A stretch of DNA of 56,845 bases, filler included, from Dugesia japonica (Eukaryota): NCBI GenBank assembly GCA_001938525.1. It is 5 parts of 5 records of this genome, joined end to end, with 100 filler letters (N's around TTAATTAATTAA, not from the genome) between each part and the next. Parts side by side here need not be neighbours in the genome. Positions count along the whole stretch, not along the records: positions 44,527 to 56,845 come from MQRL01508436.1; 4 more parts are not named here. The stretch is one strand, 5' to 3'. The notes under the pieces were generated by a model. The model saw nothing but the letters and a program-made list of their open reading frames with translations, had not been told where the DNA came from and searched no databases. Position numbers and translations under genes: made by a program. Positions 56,701 to 56,845 of the stretch are shown one piece after another (within the stretch, counting starts at the first letter, position 1; each line of letters opens with the position of its first letter).

Positions 56701-56801
56701 TGATTATTGATTATTGTTTTCGTGATATTTCATTTCCTCTTATTATGCCGTGTTTGGCCCCTGAATGAACTTCTCTTAAGAACAGGTGTTTCATTCCAAC
56801 A

Positions 56802-56802
<1 letters not shown>

Positions 56803-56845
<43 letters not shown>
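56803..56845. repeat. (TAA)n microsatellite
   Basis: Pure TAA run to the window end. Confidence 0.95.

Noticed and set aside
54000-56800. Coding or RNA genes in the last 3 kb
   Set aside because: Only short ORFs with no recognisable motif, splice pattern or RNA structure.

Overview
Very AT-rich eukaryotic (animal-like) draft sequence. It is not one locus: four 100-nt artificial spacers (N44-TTAATTAATTAA-N44) join five separate scaffolds (1-11194, 11295-19484, 19585-29081, 29182-44426, 44527-56845). Host genes: a complete 5-exon casein kinase I alpha (- strand), the 5' part of a SIRT3-like sirtuin (+), and two 3' exons of a coiled-coil gene (-). Most of the rest is decayed mobile DNA (hAT, MULE, mariner/Tc1/rosa, pogo, a piggyBac MITE, gypsy-like LTR, Penelope). 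The most interesting signal is a Polinton/Maverick-like endogenous virus. On scaffold 1 it carries a major capsid protein, rve integrase and packaging ATPase, with a compact TATA-binding-protein (TBP)-fold gene head-to-head with the ATPase. A diverged second TBP-like copy on scaffold 5 is followed by small intron-containing genes, a dense array of TATAAAA and AP-1 (TGA[C/G]TCA) motifs, and a Polinton-style end (reverse strand AGGTAGGTAG). Together these suggest a viral TBP with cognate terminal binding sites. All homology calls were made by eye from motifs, not by database search.
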